Program-made: the position numbers and the translations under genes
NCBI GenBank assembly: GCA_964427245.1
Contig: CAYRSX010000023.1
Location: 6,268 to 70,267 of the forward strand
DNA length: 64,000 nucleotides
From: an uncultured Desulfobulbaceae bacterium
GTDB lineage: Bacteria; Desulfobacterota; Dissulfuribacteria; Dissulfuribacterales; DYLC01
Reading direction: 5' to 3'
Notes under the pieces: model-generated
What the model was told of the DNA's origin: nothing
What the model saw: the letters and a program-made list of their open reading frames with translations, nothing else
Databases searched by the model: none
Shown: positions 18,135-28,179 of the stretch, one piece after another
Layout of the letters: each line of letters begins with the position of its first letter
Numbering within the stretch: the first letter of the stretch is position 1

Positions 18135-19766
18135 TTATTTTGCAATATCCTTTTTCACTTCGCAAAACATCAACACCCCTTCGCAACACATGTCGATATG
18201 AGGCTTCATTGTTTGGCACTCTTCCTTATTCAAATGCAAACCATATGCCTTTGTGGCCGAAACCGCCGTACTTTCATCCATGGAGCGATAGAGGATATAA
18301 ATCGGCCCATCATGGGCAGCTATTTTGCGCTGCATGAGCAAATCATATCCATTTGGATGGTCAGACGGACCGGTGAAATAGCTGTGAATGCGCAAAAATG
18401 GAATGTTTCGAGGAAAATATGGAATCAGATAAGCCATGGGCTCATAACCCGTCATCAGAATAAGGGTGTGGTCGGCATTCGACATCCTGGGAAGCTGAAC
18501 CCCGAAATAGTCCTTGGCATTGGAGTCCCAAGGCACTCGATCCCAGGCAAGGGGCTTGGTGGTGACCAGCAGGACTGCGGCAAAAAGCCACCAGATGCGA
18601 AATGACTGCCGCAGATTTTGTAGAACGGCATAAATCAAGAGAAAGATGGCTGAAGGGGCAAGCATCTCCAAGGGCACTATATAACGGTATATGGCAAAGA
18701 CCTTCAGCCATAAAAGATACGACATGACACAAAAGGCCAGCACAAGGCTTATATGCGATGGAAAATATCTTTCCATCAAGTCCTTACCATTAAATCGCAG
18801 CACCAATGCTGCAACCAAACTCGCAACAACCACCAAGTAGAAAAACGCCAGACGCAGGTCAAAAAACGCCACCTCGCCCACCTGATACGAGTCCTTTAGC
18901 AGAATAAAGGGCATGAACAACCATTCCTGCCAGCCGTTGGGCAAAAAACGGGCATCCCTATATGCATCCTGAAAGGCCATGGAGGATTTGAAAATGTGAT
19001 TGTAATAGGGGAAAAGAGGATTGCCGAAGCGATGCCACATCTCCAAGAGCCAGTATCCACCTGTTACGGCCATTCCGATTAAGGCCATAATACCAAAAAC
19101 AAAGGCCGCACGCAGTCCGCGGGACAGACCATGGGATGTAAAAAGCAACGCCAAACACAGGCCAAGTCCAAAGACAGCAGTGGTCTGTTTGAAACCCATG
19201 GCAAGGCCGCACAAAAAACCGGCAATGACCACAGGTACAAGACGACCTGAGGAACTGGCTGAAATACAGGCATAAAGGGCAGTAAGAATGAGAATGCTCA
19301 GAATATTATCGCTGAACATAGTCCCCAGTTCTGAGACATTTCCGGCGCCTAACAGGCCCAAGACAGCCACGCATAGAGACATAAAACAAATTCTAACCTC
19401 AAAATAATCAAAGGAGTCCATACGATGAGGCTTAATGGCTGTTATGAGCTTTTTGGAGATGGAGTAAAGCGGTATAAAATTCAAGCCTTGAATCAGACCC
19501 AAAAGAAAACCCACCAGCTTCGGCGGAAGACCCACCACCATCCAGTAAAAGGGCACGTAAAGGATGGGGTTATAAAAGGTGGCCACATGGGCTGGGGCTA
19601 CGTCCACATCCATTCTATCAAAAAGAAAGGCATAGGGGTTGTAAAAGTGATAGTTTCGCAGGTCCCAATTGGCATCCTGGCCTAAAAATATGGCAAAAAG
19701 GCCAAAACAGATGGGAACGGCTGCATAACTTGTGAATTCTAAATAACGCAATTTAGCAAGAGACAT
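18135..19766 (-). CDS. polytopic membrane protein, probable GT-C type (polyprenyl-phosphate-sugar dependent) glycosyltransferase
   Basis: 543 aa with more than 10 predicted TM helices by eye. An Asp-containing first loop (GQDANWDLRNYHFYNPY) is present. Lies adjacent to the GT2 polyprenyl-P sugar synthase-like gene. Confidence 0.5.
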   Translation of the reverse strand: MSLAKLRYLEFTSYAAVPICFGLFAIFLGQDANWDLRNYHFYNPYAFLFDRMDVDVAPAHVATFYNPILYVPFYWMVVGLPPKLVGFLLGLIQGLNFIPLYSISKKLITAIKPHRMDSFDYFEVRICFMSLCVAVLGLLGAGNVSELGTMFSDNILSILILTALYACISASSSGRLVPVVIAGFLCGLAMGFKQTTAVFGLGLCLALLFTSHGLSRGLRAAFVFGIMALIGMAVTGGYWLLEMWHRFGNPLFPYYNHIFKSSMAFQDAYRDARFLPNGWQEWLFMPFILLKDSYQVGEVAFFDLRLAFFYLVVVASLVAALVLRFNGKDLMERYFPSHISLVLAFCVMSYLLWLKVFAIYRYIVPLEMLAPSAIFLLIYAVLQNLRQSFRIWWLFAAVLLVTTKPLAWDRVPWDSNAKDYFGVQLPRMSNADHTLILMTGYEPMAYLIPYFPRNIPFLRIHSYFTGPSDHPNGYDLLMQRKIAAHDGPIYILYRSMDESTAVSATKAYGLHLNKEECQTMKPHIDMCCEGVLMFCEVKKDIAK

Positions 19767-19801
19767 TAGGCAAGACCATTACATTAATTAACGCACCATA
19801 T

Positions 19802-20872
19802 TTAATCAGAACACCCTTCCGACACACCAGCCTCCGTAAAGGTGGCCATTTCTGAATATATCTTGATACCTGCATCCACGAGATTTATAGCGAGGGCAGC
19901 GCCTGTGCCCTCGCCAAGCCGCAAATCCAGGTCTAAAAGCGGCTCAAGCCCCATAAAATCCAGCTGAATGCGATGTCCTTGTTCCACTGAACGATGAGCT
20001 GCAAAGAGATAGTCCGCCACAGCATTGTTCATCGCATAGGCCACCAAAGCGCCTGCGGTGGAAATAAAGCCGTCTATCACCACAGGCCGTTTCAGAGAAG
20101 CAGCACCCAATACCAGCCCACAAATGCCAGCTATTTCTGTACCTCCAACCTTTGCCAATACGTCCAGAGGTGTTGCGGAATCGGGCTGATTGACCTTGAT
20201 AGCCCTGCGAATCACCTCTACCTTGTGCCGCCAGGTATCATCAGATACCCCTGTACCCCGACCGGTGACATCAGCCGCATCCTTACCGCACAGACAAGCG
20301 GTTATAGAGCTGGCTGCTGTGGTGTTGGCAATGCCCATTTCACCCGTAGCCAACAGGTCTATACCATCGGATATGGCCTTTTGCGCCAGATTTACTCCCA
20401 CCAACACGGCCTTTGCCGCCTCATCTTCGCTCATGGCAGGACCCTTGGTCATGTTGCGAGTACCCCTCATAACTTTGCTATGTACCAAACCACTTATTCC
20501 ATTAAAATCGTGGTCCACTCCTATGTCCACAACACGCACCTCTGCATCCACATGACGAGCCAGAACATTTATTCCAGCTCCACCCAGCAGAAAATTATAA
20601 ACCATCTGAGCTGTGACCTCTTTGGGAAAGGCGCTGACGCCTTCTTCCACAACTCCGTGGTCACCGGCAAACACAAATACCGCCTTTCGAGGAATAACCG
20701 GCTTTAATGTATTTAATATAAGACAATATCTCTTTGCGATCCACTCCAGCCTGCCCAGACTACCTCTGGGTTTAGTGAGATTATCCAGGTGTGCCTGCAC
20801 CCTATCTTCCAATGTACGGGCTACAGGCTGAATGGATGCAATAAGTCCGGCGAGTTGCTGTATATGATTCAT
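19802..20872 (-). CDS. cobT: nicotinate-nucleotide--dimethylbenzimidazole phosphoribosyltransferase
   Basis: 356 aa. Contains KPRGSLGRLE, GEMGIANTT and GEGTGA motifs. Confidence 0.9.
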   Translation of the reverse strand: MNHIQQLAGLIASIQPVARTLEDRVQAHLDNLTKPRGSLGRLEWIAKRYCLILNTLKPVIPRKAVFVFAGDHGVVEEGVSAFPKEVTAQMVYNFLLGGAGINVLARHVDAEVRVVDIGVDHDFNGISGLVHSKVMRGTRNMTKGPAMSEDEAAKAVLVGVNLAQKAISDGIDLLATGEMGIANTTAASSITACLCGKDAADVTGRGTGVSDDTWRHKVEVIRRAIKVNQPDSATPLDVLAKVGGTEIAGICGLVLGAASLKRPVVIDGFISTAGALVAYAMNNAVADYLFAAHRSVEQGHRIQLDFMGLEPLLDLDLRLGEGTGAALAINLVDAGIKIYSEMATFTEAGVSEGCSD

Positions 20873-20922
20873 AACATTCGCTCCTGAAATTCATCGATAA
20901 AAACGCAAAAATTGCCATTAAG

Positions 20923-21471
20923 TCACTTCATTTGCATGGCAATTCCGGCCGCCACGAAAAAAACTTCGTCGGCTATGGCGGCTATTCCCTGATGCAACCT
21001 GCCTGCGGCATCCCTAAAACGCCTGGCAAGCGGATTATCAGGCACGATGCCCAGCCCAACTTCATTGGATACCATAATTATCTGATTCGGCATTTGCCGA
21101 AGGACTGTGCAAAGCTCAGAAAATACATGGTCCAAAGGCATTTCACAAGTCATGAGGTTGGATACCCACATGGTCAGGCAGTCCAGCAACACCACCGGAT
21201 ATCGGCCGGAATTCAAAATGCAGCGGCTTAAGTCCACTGGTTCTTCTATGGTGTGCCAAAGTTCGCCTCGCTCCTCCCTGTGTCTTTGAATACGCTCCTG
21301 CATCTCGGCATCCAAGGGCTGAGCTGTAGCAACATAGAGGGCATACGACCCCACATGGGCAGAGGCAACAGTGTGCCGATATTGCAACAAACGGCGCTCC
21401 GCCTCTTTAAGTGCCCAGGCCGTCTTTCCGCTTCTGGCGCCCCCCAAAACCAGCACAACACTTTTATTCAT
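20923..21471 (-). CDS. cobU: adenosylcobinamide kinase / adenosylcobinamide-phosphate guanylyltransferase
   Basis: 182 aa with P-loop GGARSGKT and the expected CobU/CobP size. Lies next to cobT. Confidence 0.85.
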   Translation of the reverse strand: MNKSVVLVLGGARSGKTAWALKEAERRLLQYRHTVASAHVGSYALYVATAQPLDAEMQERIQRHREERGELWHTIEEPVDLSRCILNSGRYPVVLLDCLTMWVSNLMTCEMPLDHVFSELCTVLRQMPNQIIMVSNEVGLGIVPDNPLARRFRDAAGRLHQGIAAIADEVFFVAAGIAMQMK

Positions 21472-21662
21472 GGGATTCTCTCAACTTAGCAAATACGTGT
21501 CTGAGTTCATCGAGACTCATCGGTTTTAATAAAGCCAATGTTCTTGTTGACTCTACTTTTTTATTATTATACTTCTTCCAAACCGTTTATAAAATGGTTT
21601 TTTACTATAACAAACTACAATCATACATACACTTGCACTCTCGTCTTCATAAGACTATCATA

Positions 21663-22736
21663 ATGAGCATGCAGATTAAAACCATAAGAGAGGCCATAGA
21701 GGAGCGAGAGCGGCAGTTTCTGGCGCCCTATGCAACATTGAGTTCCCAAACAAAAGGCAGGCCTATTCCAATCCTTGAGTGTCCCATTCGCACCGCCTTT
21801 CAGCGCGATCGAGACCGTATCCTCTATTCCAAGGCATTTCGACGTCTAAAACACAAGACACAGGTCTTTCTGTCTCCTATGGGCGATCACTACCGCACTC
21901 GCCTCACTCATACTCTCGAGGTGGCCGAGATCGCCCGCACTCTCTGTCGTGCCCTTCGATTAAATGAAGACCTAGCCGAGGCCATCGCTCTCGGGCATGA
22001 TCTGGGGCACACGCCCTTCGGCCATGCCGGAGAAACCATTCTGAACGAGATCGTGCCTGGTGGCTTTTCCCACACACAACAGAGCCTGCGCATCGTGGAG
22101 GTACTGGAAAACGGCGGCAAAGGTCTAAATCTCACATATGAGGTGCGTGATGGCATAGCCAAGCATTCCAAGGGGTTCGGAGACATCATACCCCAAAACG
22201 ACGCGGCGTGGGCTGCAACCGTGGAAGGGAAAATAGTTCGACTATCCGACATAATCGCATATCTAAGCCACGACCTGGATGATGCCATTCGAAGCAAGGT
22301 CATCTCTGAAAGGGATATACCGATGGAGTGTAGGGAGGTACTTGGCCACACACACAGTGAACGCACCACCTCCATGATACGAAATGTCATAGAAGGCACA
22401 CATATTAGAGATAACACCATTCAGCTGGGCATCACGGAACAGGGCCATGAGGTGATGTTGAAACTGCGGTCATTTCTGTACGACAACGTCTATCGCTCTC
22501 ATCAGGTACATAATGAGTTTGAAAAGGCCAGAAAGATCCTTTATGAACTCTATGAATACTTCATTCGAAACCAAGACGCCTTCTTCAAAGAACGGAAACG
22601 GCTTTTCGAAGAAGAGATAACCGGTGAGGCGAATACGCCTTACGAACGCCAAGTCTGCGACTTCATAGCCGGCATGTCCGACAGCTATGCAAAAGACCTT
22701 TTTGTATCCATCTTTGTGCCATCACCGCATGTATAA
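21663..22736 (+). CDS. dgt: dGTPase-like HD-domain triphosphohydrolase
   Basis: From the internal Met MSMQIKT. Contains RTRLTHTLEVAEIAR, GHDLGHTPFGHAGE and DIIAYLSHDLDD. The track ORF (21411) is extended into the cobU antisense. Confidence 0.85.
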   Translation: MSMQIKTIREAIEERERQFLAPYATLSSQTKGRPIPILECPIRTAFQRDRDRILYSKAFRRLKHKTQVFLSPMGDHYRTRLTHTLEVAEIARTLCRALRLNEDLAEAIALGHDLGHTPFGHAGETILNEIVPGGFSHTQQSLRIVEVLENGGKGLNLTYEVRDGIAKHSKGFGDIIPQNDAAWAATVEGKIVRLSDIIAYLSHDLDDAIRSKVISERDIPMECREVLGHTHSERTTSMIRNVIEGTHIRDNTIQLGITEQGHEVMLKLRSFLYDNVYRSHQVHNEFEKARKILYELYEYFIRNQDAFFKERKRLFEEEITGEANTPYERQVCDFIAGMSDSYAKDLFVSIFVPSPHV

Positions 22737-22743
22737 AAAAGAA

Positions 22744-23034
22744 TCAACCCCTTTCCATTATGTAGATCAGATGATAGCCGAACTGGGTTTTTACAGGCCC
22801 ATATACCTTACCAACAGGTTTACCAAACACCACTCTGTCGAACTCCTCCACCATCTGGCCGGGCATAAATTCACCGAGATAACCTCCGTTTTTACCTGAT
22901 GGGCACTTAGAATACTGTTCCGCCAGATTTTCGAAACTCTCTCCAGCCTCTATGCGCTGCTTCAATGCCTCACATTCCTCTTTCGTCTCCACCAGTATGT
23001 GCCGTGCTTTGGCCTTCTGTTTTACTTTTGCCAT
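22744..23034 (-). CDS. ppiC: parvulin-type peptidyl-prolyl isomerase
   Basis: 96 aa. ARHILV...CPSGKNGGYLGEF...GPVKTQFGYHLI. Confidence 0.85.
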   Translation of the reverse strand: MAKVKQKAKARHILVETKEECEALKQRIEAGESFENLAEQYSKCPSGKNGGYLGEFMPGQMVEEFDRVVFGKPVGKVYGPVKTQFGYHLIYIMERG

Positions 23035-23049
23035 ATCTTTCTCTCCTCA

Positions 23050-23904
23050 TCAATCAGTTGTTTTACCGCCGAAAATCGATTCTCCGGGCTGCACCACGCC
23101 TTGAGGCACCTCGCCAGTCTTATCCGCTCCAAGGACATAACCACCATCCAAACGAATACTTGCCCCGGTCATATAGTCCGCCTCTTCTAAAATAAAACGC
23201 ACAAGCCTTGCAACCTCTTGGGGGCTACCTATTCTACCGAGGAGCGTATGCCCTAACAATGTCTGGCGTTCCTGCTCTGAAAGCACGCCCCAACCCCTTG
23301 TCCCAGGGCCATGTCTGGTTTCAAAAAACCCAAGGACTATCTCGTTTACTCGGCCACAAGGCGCGAGGTCACGCGCCCATGTCTCGGTAAGCACACCGAT
23401 ACCCCTATTGACAACAGCGTAACAGTCCGGAAATATGAGTGATGCAGGGCCATTTCTGCCCACAACCCCTGCAATGGAAGAGATATTGATCACAGCCGCC
23501 TCCTGTGAGGCCTTCAAATACGGCCTTGCCGCCTCATAAAGTCTCCATTTGGCCGTCAAAGTGGTATTAAACTCCAGTTCCCACTGCTCCGGAGTATATG
23601 GCCCGTGCACCGCTGGCCAGCCTCCCCGTTCGATATTGTTTATGAGGATATCCAGACCTCCGAATCGCTCCACCGCCTCGTTTACTGCCTTTTGCACCCC
23701 TTCATCAGTAAGCAGATTGACCTTCACAGCCACATACTCCCCGACGGTCTTTTGCATGACCTCATGCATATGCAGCAGATCTTCCTGCCAGTCAAAATAG
23801 GTCAAGACACACCGCGCGCCTCGTTGGGCCAACACCTCTGCAATAGCAAGGCCTATACCGCGAATTGCACCGGTAATCAATGCGGTTTTGAAACCTATTT
23901 TCAT
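23050..23904 (-). CDS. short-chain dehydrogenase/reductase family protein (atypical active-site motif)
   Basis: Start at MKIGFKTALITGAIRGIG with GAGGAGG 5 nt upstream. Rossmann TGxxxGIG is present. The Ser-Tyr region reads ISSIAG...YAVVNR, that is N where YxxxK has Lys. Confidence 0.7.
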   Translation of the reverse strand: MKIGFKTALITGAIRGIGLAIAEVLAQRGARCVLTYFDWQEDLLHMHEVMQKTVGEYVAVKVNLLTDEGVQKAVNEAVERFGGLDILINNIERGGWPAVHGPYTPEQWELEFNTTLTAKWRLYEAARPYLKASQEAAVINISSIAGVVGRNGPASLIFPDCYAVVNRGIGVLTETWARDLAPCGRVNEIVLGFFETRHGPGTRGWGVLSEQERQTLLGHTLLGRIGSPQEVARLVRFILEEADYMTGASIRLDGGYVLGADKTGEVPQGVVQPGESIFGGKTTD

Positions 23905-24033
23905 ATTAACCTCCTCAGAAACGGCCAAGTACTAATCAAGACATGAAGATTTTTAAAAAATATCTTAAAAAAAATGACAAACAAAAAACAGGAATTACTT
24001 TATTTTTATAATAATAAAAAGGAGGAAGAGGTT

Positions 24034-26869
24034 ATGAAAATCACACAACAACTATGCATAGTTATCATAGCGCTGTTAACTGGATGCTTGGTAGCAACAC
24101 AGGCCTCCATTAAGCCTGGCCACGAACGAAGAAGATTTTTCTGTGCCAAATACTCGCGCCGTATCCTCCACCACACTACCCACTTTCTATGCCCCTCCGA
24201 TCTCCATCAACAATCTGCTTGTTTCTCCCCTACCTCCAGGTGCAACACTTTTCCCAACCCCTGCTCCAGCCCTGCCCGGTGACGTCACATTAAAACTCGA
24301 ACCATAGTCATCCACAGTAATCGGCACATTACCACAAATAGTAGATATACATCAAATCTATGAATTCATCACACCATTCGATCTGCTCATCATCGCCGAT
24401 GAACAGTTTATAGATGCCCTAAAACCCCTCAAAAATCACAAAGACGCCACTGATATACCAACACGTATATACAGCTGACAGGAATTGGTTCAGATGTTCC
24501 ATAGTCAGGGCAGAGACGACCCTGAGCGCATAAAAAAGGCCATAGCCGCCTTTCGCAAGGAATGCAATATAAAATACGTCATGTTAATCGGCAATTCAGA
24601 CAGATTCCCTGTCAGATATTGTAAGAGTTATGACTCCAAGTACTGGGGAGACGGTTATTACCCCAGTGTTCTCTATTACGCAGACCTCTTTAAGACAGGA
24701 GGAACGGAATTCGACGACTGGGATGGAAACGACAACGGCATCTTCTGTGAGATGCAGGGGGCAGGCTGGACACCCAATGCAAGTCTTTCTTCAATCAATC
24801 TTGACGGCATAGATCTGTATCCCGATGTGGCGGTAGGCCACATTCCCGCATCCACCACTGCAGAGGTGACCATTTATGTGAATAAGGTCATCACATATGA
24901 ATTCAGTGCATATAAGGCTGCTTGGGCAAGCAAAGCACTGCTTGTTGTTCCAGGCTATCAGGCTGACGACAGGAAATACTATGATTACCCATGGAGTTGG
25001 CAGACCAAAGAGGCAGTGGCCACCACCCTGACATCTGCCGGTATAACATTCACAAAACTCTACGACTCACGCATATTCGGCCTCACCGCCGGCATCAGTG
25101 ATGGCGAACCGACTGCCCTGAACATCAAAAATTTCATAAACGGCGGCCTGGGCTTTGTCAATTTTCTTAAGCACGGAGCTCCCACAACCTGGGGGCCGTA
25201 TAGTATCGACGATATTTCAACCCTCACCAACAGCGACAAACTTCCAGTGGTCTTTGCCGGCGCATGCAGCACGGCGCAATTTCACTTCGGTGATACATTC
25301 ACTGATATAAACAACCATGTGTTCAATGTGCTGACGCAATGCCCTGTTTACAATGGCAACCATCGCTGTTGGCCCGTCAACCCCAATGCGGCCCACAAAC
25401 CCGAACCAGCCAGCATACAGCCGTCAACATACGATTCAGACTCCATGGCCGAAGAGTTTCTTGTTAAGAGAAACACAGGGGCGGTGGCGTACATAGGCGC
25501 ATATACGGGCACACAAGGCGGCAGCCGAATACTGGACGGGTATCTATTTGAAGGCTATCGCTATATGATGCACCCGGCCAAGCTTGGCTATATGTGGAAT
25601 TATGCGATCCGAAGATATATATTAAATAACTTTCATATCGATTTTGCCACTGACTGTGACTGGTGCCCATCAGCCATGTGGCACCACATTCAGAAATACA
25701 TGCTCTTCGGCGACCCATCCCTGCGTGTGGGCGGCATCTCCACCATTCAACGAGCCAATTTTGCCAGCAGTTACCAAATGAATCACGACGGCTGGCGCGG
25801 CAGCCTCAATCTCGTTAAGGCCGACGGCAATATCATAGAAGGCACCCCCAATATGGAAGGGACATATACCGATGGAAACGGCGGTAATCATGCGGTGCGA
25901 GGCTACGTGCGCACAGCCGATTATCCATTGTCTCCTGAAACGGACCCCGACCACAAAATCCGCTTTTACATAGACTTCGCCAATACGACCAATCAGAATG
26001 ACGATCAGAAGTTTGAGGGATATCTCTTCACTCAGACCAAAAACACCATAGCAGGCATCACTTATTGGAACAACATACCTTATGGCTTTTTTGTAAATAA
26101 AAAAGGGAACCTTCAGGGATGTCCTCAACTTGTAAGCGGCACTGTCACCACGAATAACTTTGTAAGTGCATACGCTATGAATCATGACGGCTGGGAAGGC
26201 GTACTTAAACTCTGGCGCAATTTAAACACGATACATCAAATAAGCCCCGATTATTGGGCGTTAATGGGACAATACACCGACCATAACAACAATGTGCACA
26301 ATGTGCGAGGCAAGGTGAAGGAATCCATCGCAAATCCTGCCGGCTGGGTGGACCATAAAATCGAATTTTATATAGACTTCAATAATACCTCTACAAACTC
26401 AAGCGACGACCAAAAATTCGAGGGCTATCTCTTCACACAGACCAAGGACGGCATGGCCGGCATAACCTGATGGAACAATACATCTTACGGCTTCTATGCC
26501 GAAAAGGAAAGATCCCCTGCTCCGCACATATACGCCAACGGCCAGAAGCAGAGAATGCATATCTCTCACACCGCACCGGTCCGCATCACTATTCAACTGG
26601 ATCCAGGGATTCTCAAAAACTCCAGCTACGACTGGTGGGCAATAGCCGTCACACCGTTCGGTCTCTTCTCTTTTGTACCGCCTCAAAGCTGGCAGGAAGG
26701 CGTAAAGAATGCCCTGCAATACATGCCAATAGCCTTGTCCCCCTATGAGATACTAAATCTGGCCCTGCCTATCGGAACGTACACTTTTTATTTCGGACTG
26801 GATGACCAGCCCGACAATCAACTGAATGGTAATATCTATTACGATGGAGTGGAGGTGATAGTCAACTGA
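24034..26869 (+). pseudogene. disrupted peptidase C25 (gingipain-like) lipoprotein with tandem C-terminal modules
   Basis: After AAAAGGAGGAAGAGG, ATG 24034 encodes a lipoprotein signal (LLTGC). The frame must shift near 24095-24125. After that a single frame runs to 26869, interrupted by TAG 24305-24307, TGA 24476-24478 and TGA 26468-26470. C25-like His/Cys contexts are NFLKHGAP and [12 protein letters not shown]. Confidence 0.7.
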
Positions 26870-26900
26870 CAGTAATTGAACCACATGAATTAGCCCTCAA

Positions 26901-26937
26901 AGCGCCGCCGAAATTAATTTCAGCGGCGCTTTTTTTG
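26901..26937 (+). terminator. rho-independent terminator
   Basis: AGCGCCGC-CGAAATTAATTTCA-GCGGCGCT forms a perfect 8 bp stem followed by TTTTTTT. Confidence 0.85.
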
Positions 26938-27013
26938 TATGAAAATCATATGTTGTTTTATTAAGCAGTCCAGCTATAATAATCAAAAATAAAAAAACGC
27001 TAAACACAAAGAC

Positions 27014-28174
27014 ATGCCAGACAATATCCTTTACGAAGACTCACAGACAGCCCAAGACCGTTACCTTTTACTCTTCAACAACGCCAATGACCTGATTCAG
27101 TGCATAAGAAACGACGGCACCTTCGCGTATGTCAACCCAGCCTGGCTCAAGACATTGGAGTACACACAAGAAGACCTGCCACACCTCACCTATATAGACA
27201 TCATACACCCCGACGAGCGGACACACTGCATGACGGCATTCGGCAGGCTCATGTCCGGAGAGTTTCAGGGCAAGGTGGAGACACGATTCATTTCCAAGAC
27301 AGGCAAAACAATCTGGGTGGAAGGGAATCTGAGTCTCACTAAAAAAAACGACCGAGTAATCTCCACTGTGGGTATATTTCGAGATATCACCGTACGCAAG
27401 CGCATGGAGGCTGAAAACGCAGCACTTCAGACCAAGCTCATGGAAACACAAAAACTGACCGCAATAGGCCAACTCGTAAACGGCATAGCACACAACTTCA
27501 ACAACATACTGACCTCTGTAAAAGGCAGTGTAGAGCTGATTCGACGCCATGACGATTCAGCCATAACTCCACATCTCGATCGCATAGAAAAAGGATGCAA
27601 TCAGGCCATTTCGCTTGTGAACAAACTAATGGCCTTCAGCACAGAACAGTTACATACTGCATCATTCCCCATAGACGTAAATAGCTATATTGAAGGGCTT
27701 ACTACGCTTCAGGAACTCACTACAACACACGGCATCTCCCTGAAGCTTAAACTCGATTCAAATCTTCCGCATGTGCTCATAAAACCAGGCGACCTGGAAC
27801 AGCTCATATTGAATCTGACACAAAACGCCTGCGAGGCCATGAAAAATACGCCGGACAAGCGGCTCATAATTCAAACGGAATTCAAGACAATACCGAATAT
27901 TACAGACCAGACAACAGCAAACACACCATCTCTTTGCCCTGCACCAGGCCAATATATGAAGCTCACAGTCAAGGACACAGGCCGTGGCATAGAGCCCGAT
28001 ATTTTGTCTCATATCTTCGAACCTTTTTTTACCACCAAGCCCATGGGGCAGGCTACTGGTCTTGGGCTTTCCACTGTGTATGGCATAGTCTATGCCAATA
28101 ACGGTTTCATAGATGTAATGAGTTCACCTGGCGAAGGCAGTATATTTACCGTTTATTGGCCGTTAAAAAACTGA
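27014..28174 (+). CDS. PAS-domain sensor histidine kinase (cytoplasmic)
   Basis: 386 aa. PAS region (FAYVNPAWLKTLEY...), H-box GIAHNFNNIL, N box LTQNACEAM, G boxes DTGRGI and GLGLS. Confidence 0.85.
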   Translation: MPDNILYEDSQTAQDRYLLLFNNANDLIQCIRNDGTFAYVNPAWLKTLEYTQEDLPHLTYIDIIHPDERTHCMTAFGRLMSGEFQGKVETRFISKTGKTIWVEGNLSLTKKNDRVISTVGIFRDITVRKRMEAENAALQTKLMETQKLTAIGQLVNGIAHNFNNILTSVKGSVELIRRHDDSAITPHLDRIEKGCNQAISLVNKLMAFSTEQLHTASFPIDVNSYIEGLTTLQELTTTHGISLKLKLDSNLPHVLIKPGDLEQLILNLTQNACEAMKNTPDKRLIIQTEFKTIPNITDQTTANTPSLCPAPGQYMKLTVKDTGRGIEPDILSHIFEPFFTTKPMGQATGLGLSTVYGIVYANNGFIDVMSSPGEGSIFTVYWPLKN

Positions 28175-28179
28175 TCTCC

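Noticed and set aside
19994-20707. 237 aa plus-strand ORF
   Set aside because: Antisense to cobT.
21411-21662. 84-codon 5' extension of the dGTPase ORF
   Set aside because: It runs antisense through the cobU start and through AT-rich promoter DNA. The homologous region begins at MSMQIKT (21663).
23974-24282. 102 aa ORF treated as an independent gene
   Set aside because: Only its first ~30 codons (the lipoprotein signal) look real. The remainder is the out-of-frame read of the C25-like gene after a frameshift, so it was folded into the pseudogene call.
24476-24478. In-frame TGA as selenocysteine or programmed recoding in the C25-like gene
   Set aside because: The same gene also carries an in-frame TAG and a frameshift. 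The only downstream pairing I could find is a weak 5 bp GGAAU/GUUCC stem, not a convincing SECIS hairpin. The position is not a plausible redox Cys site. Pseudogenisation or sequence error is the simpler explanation.
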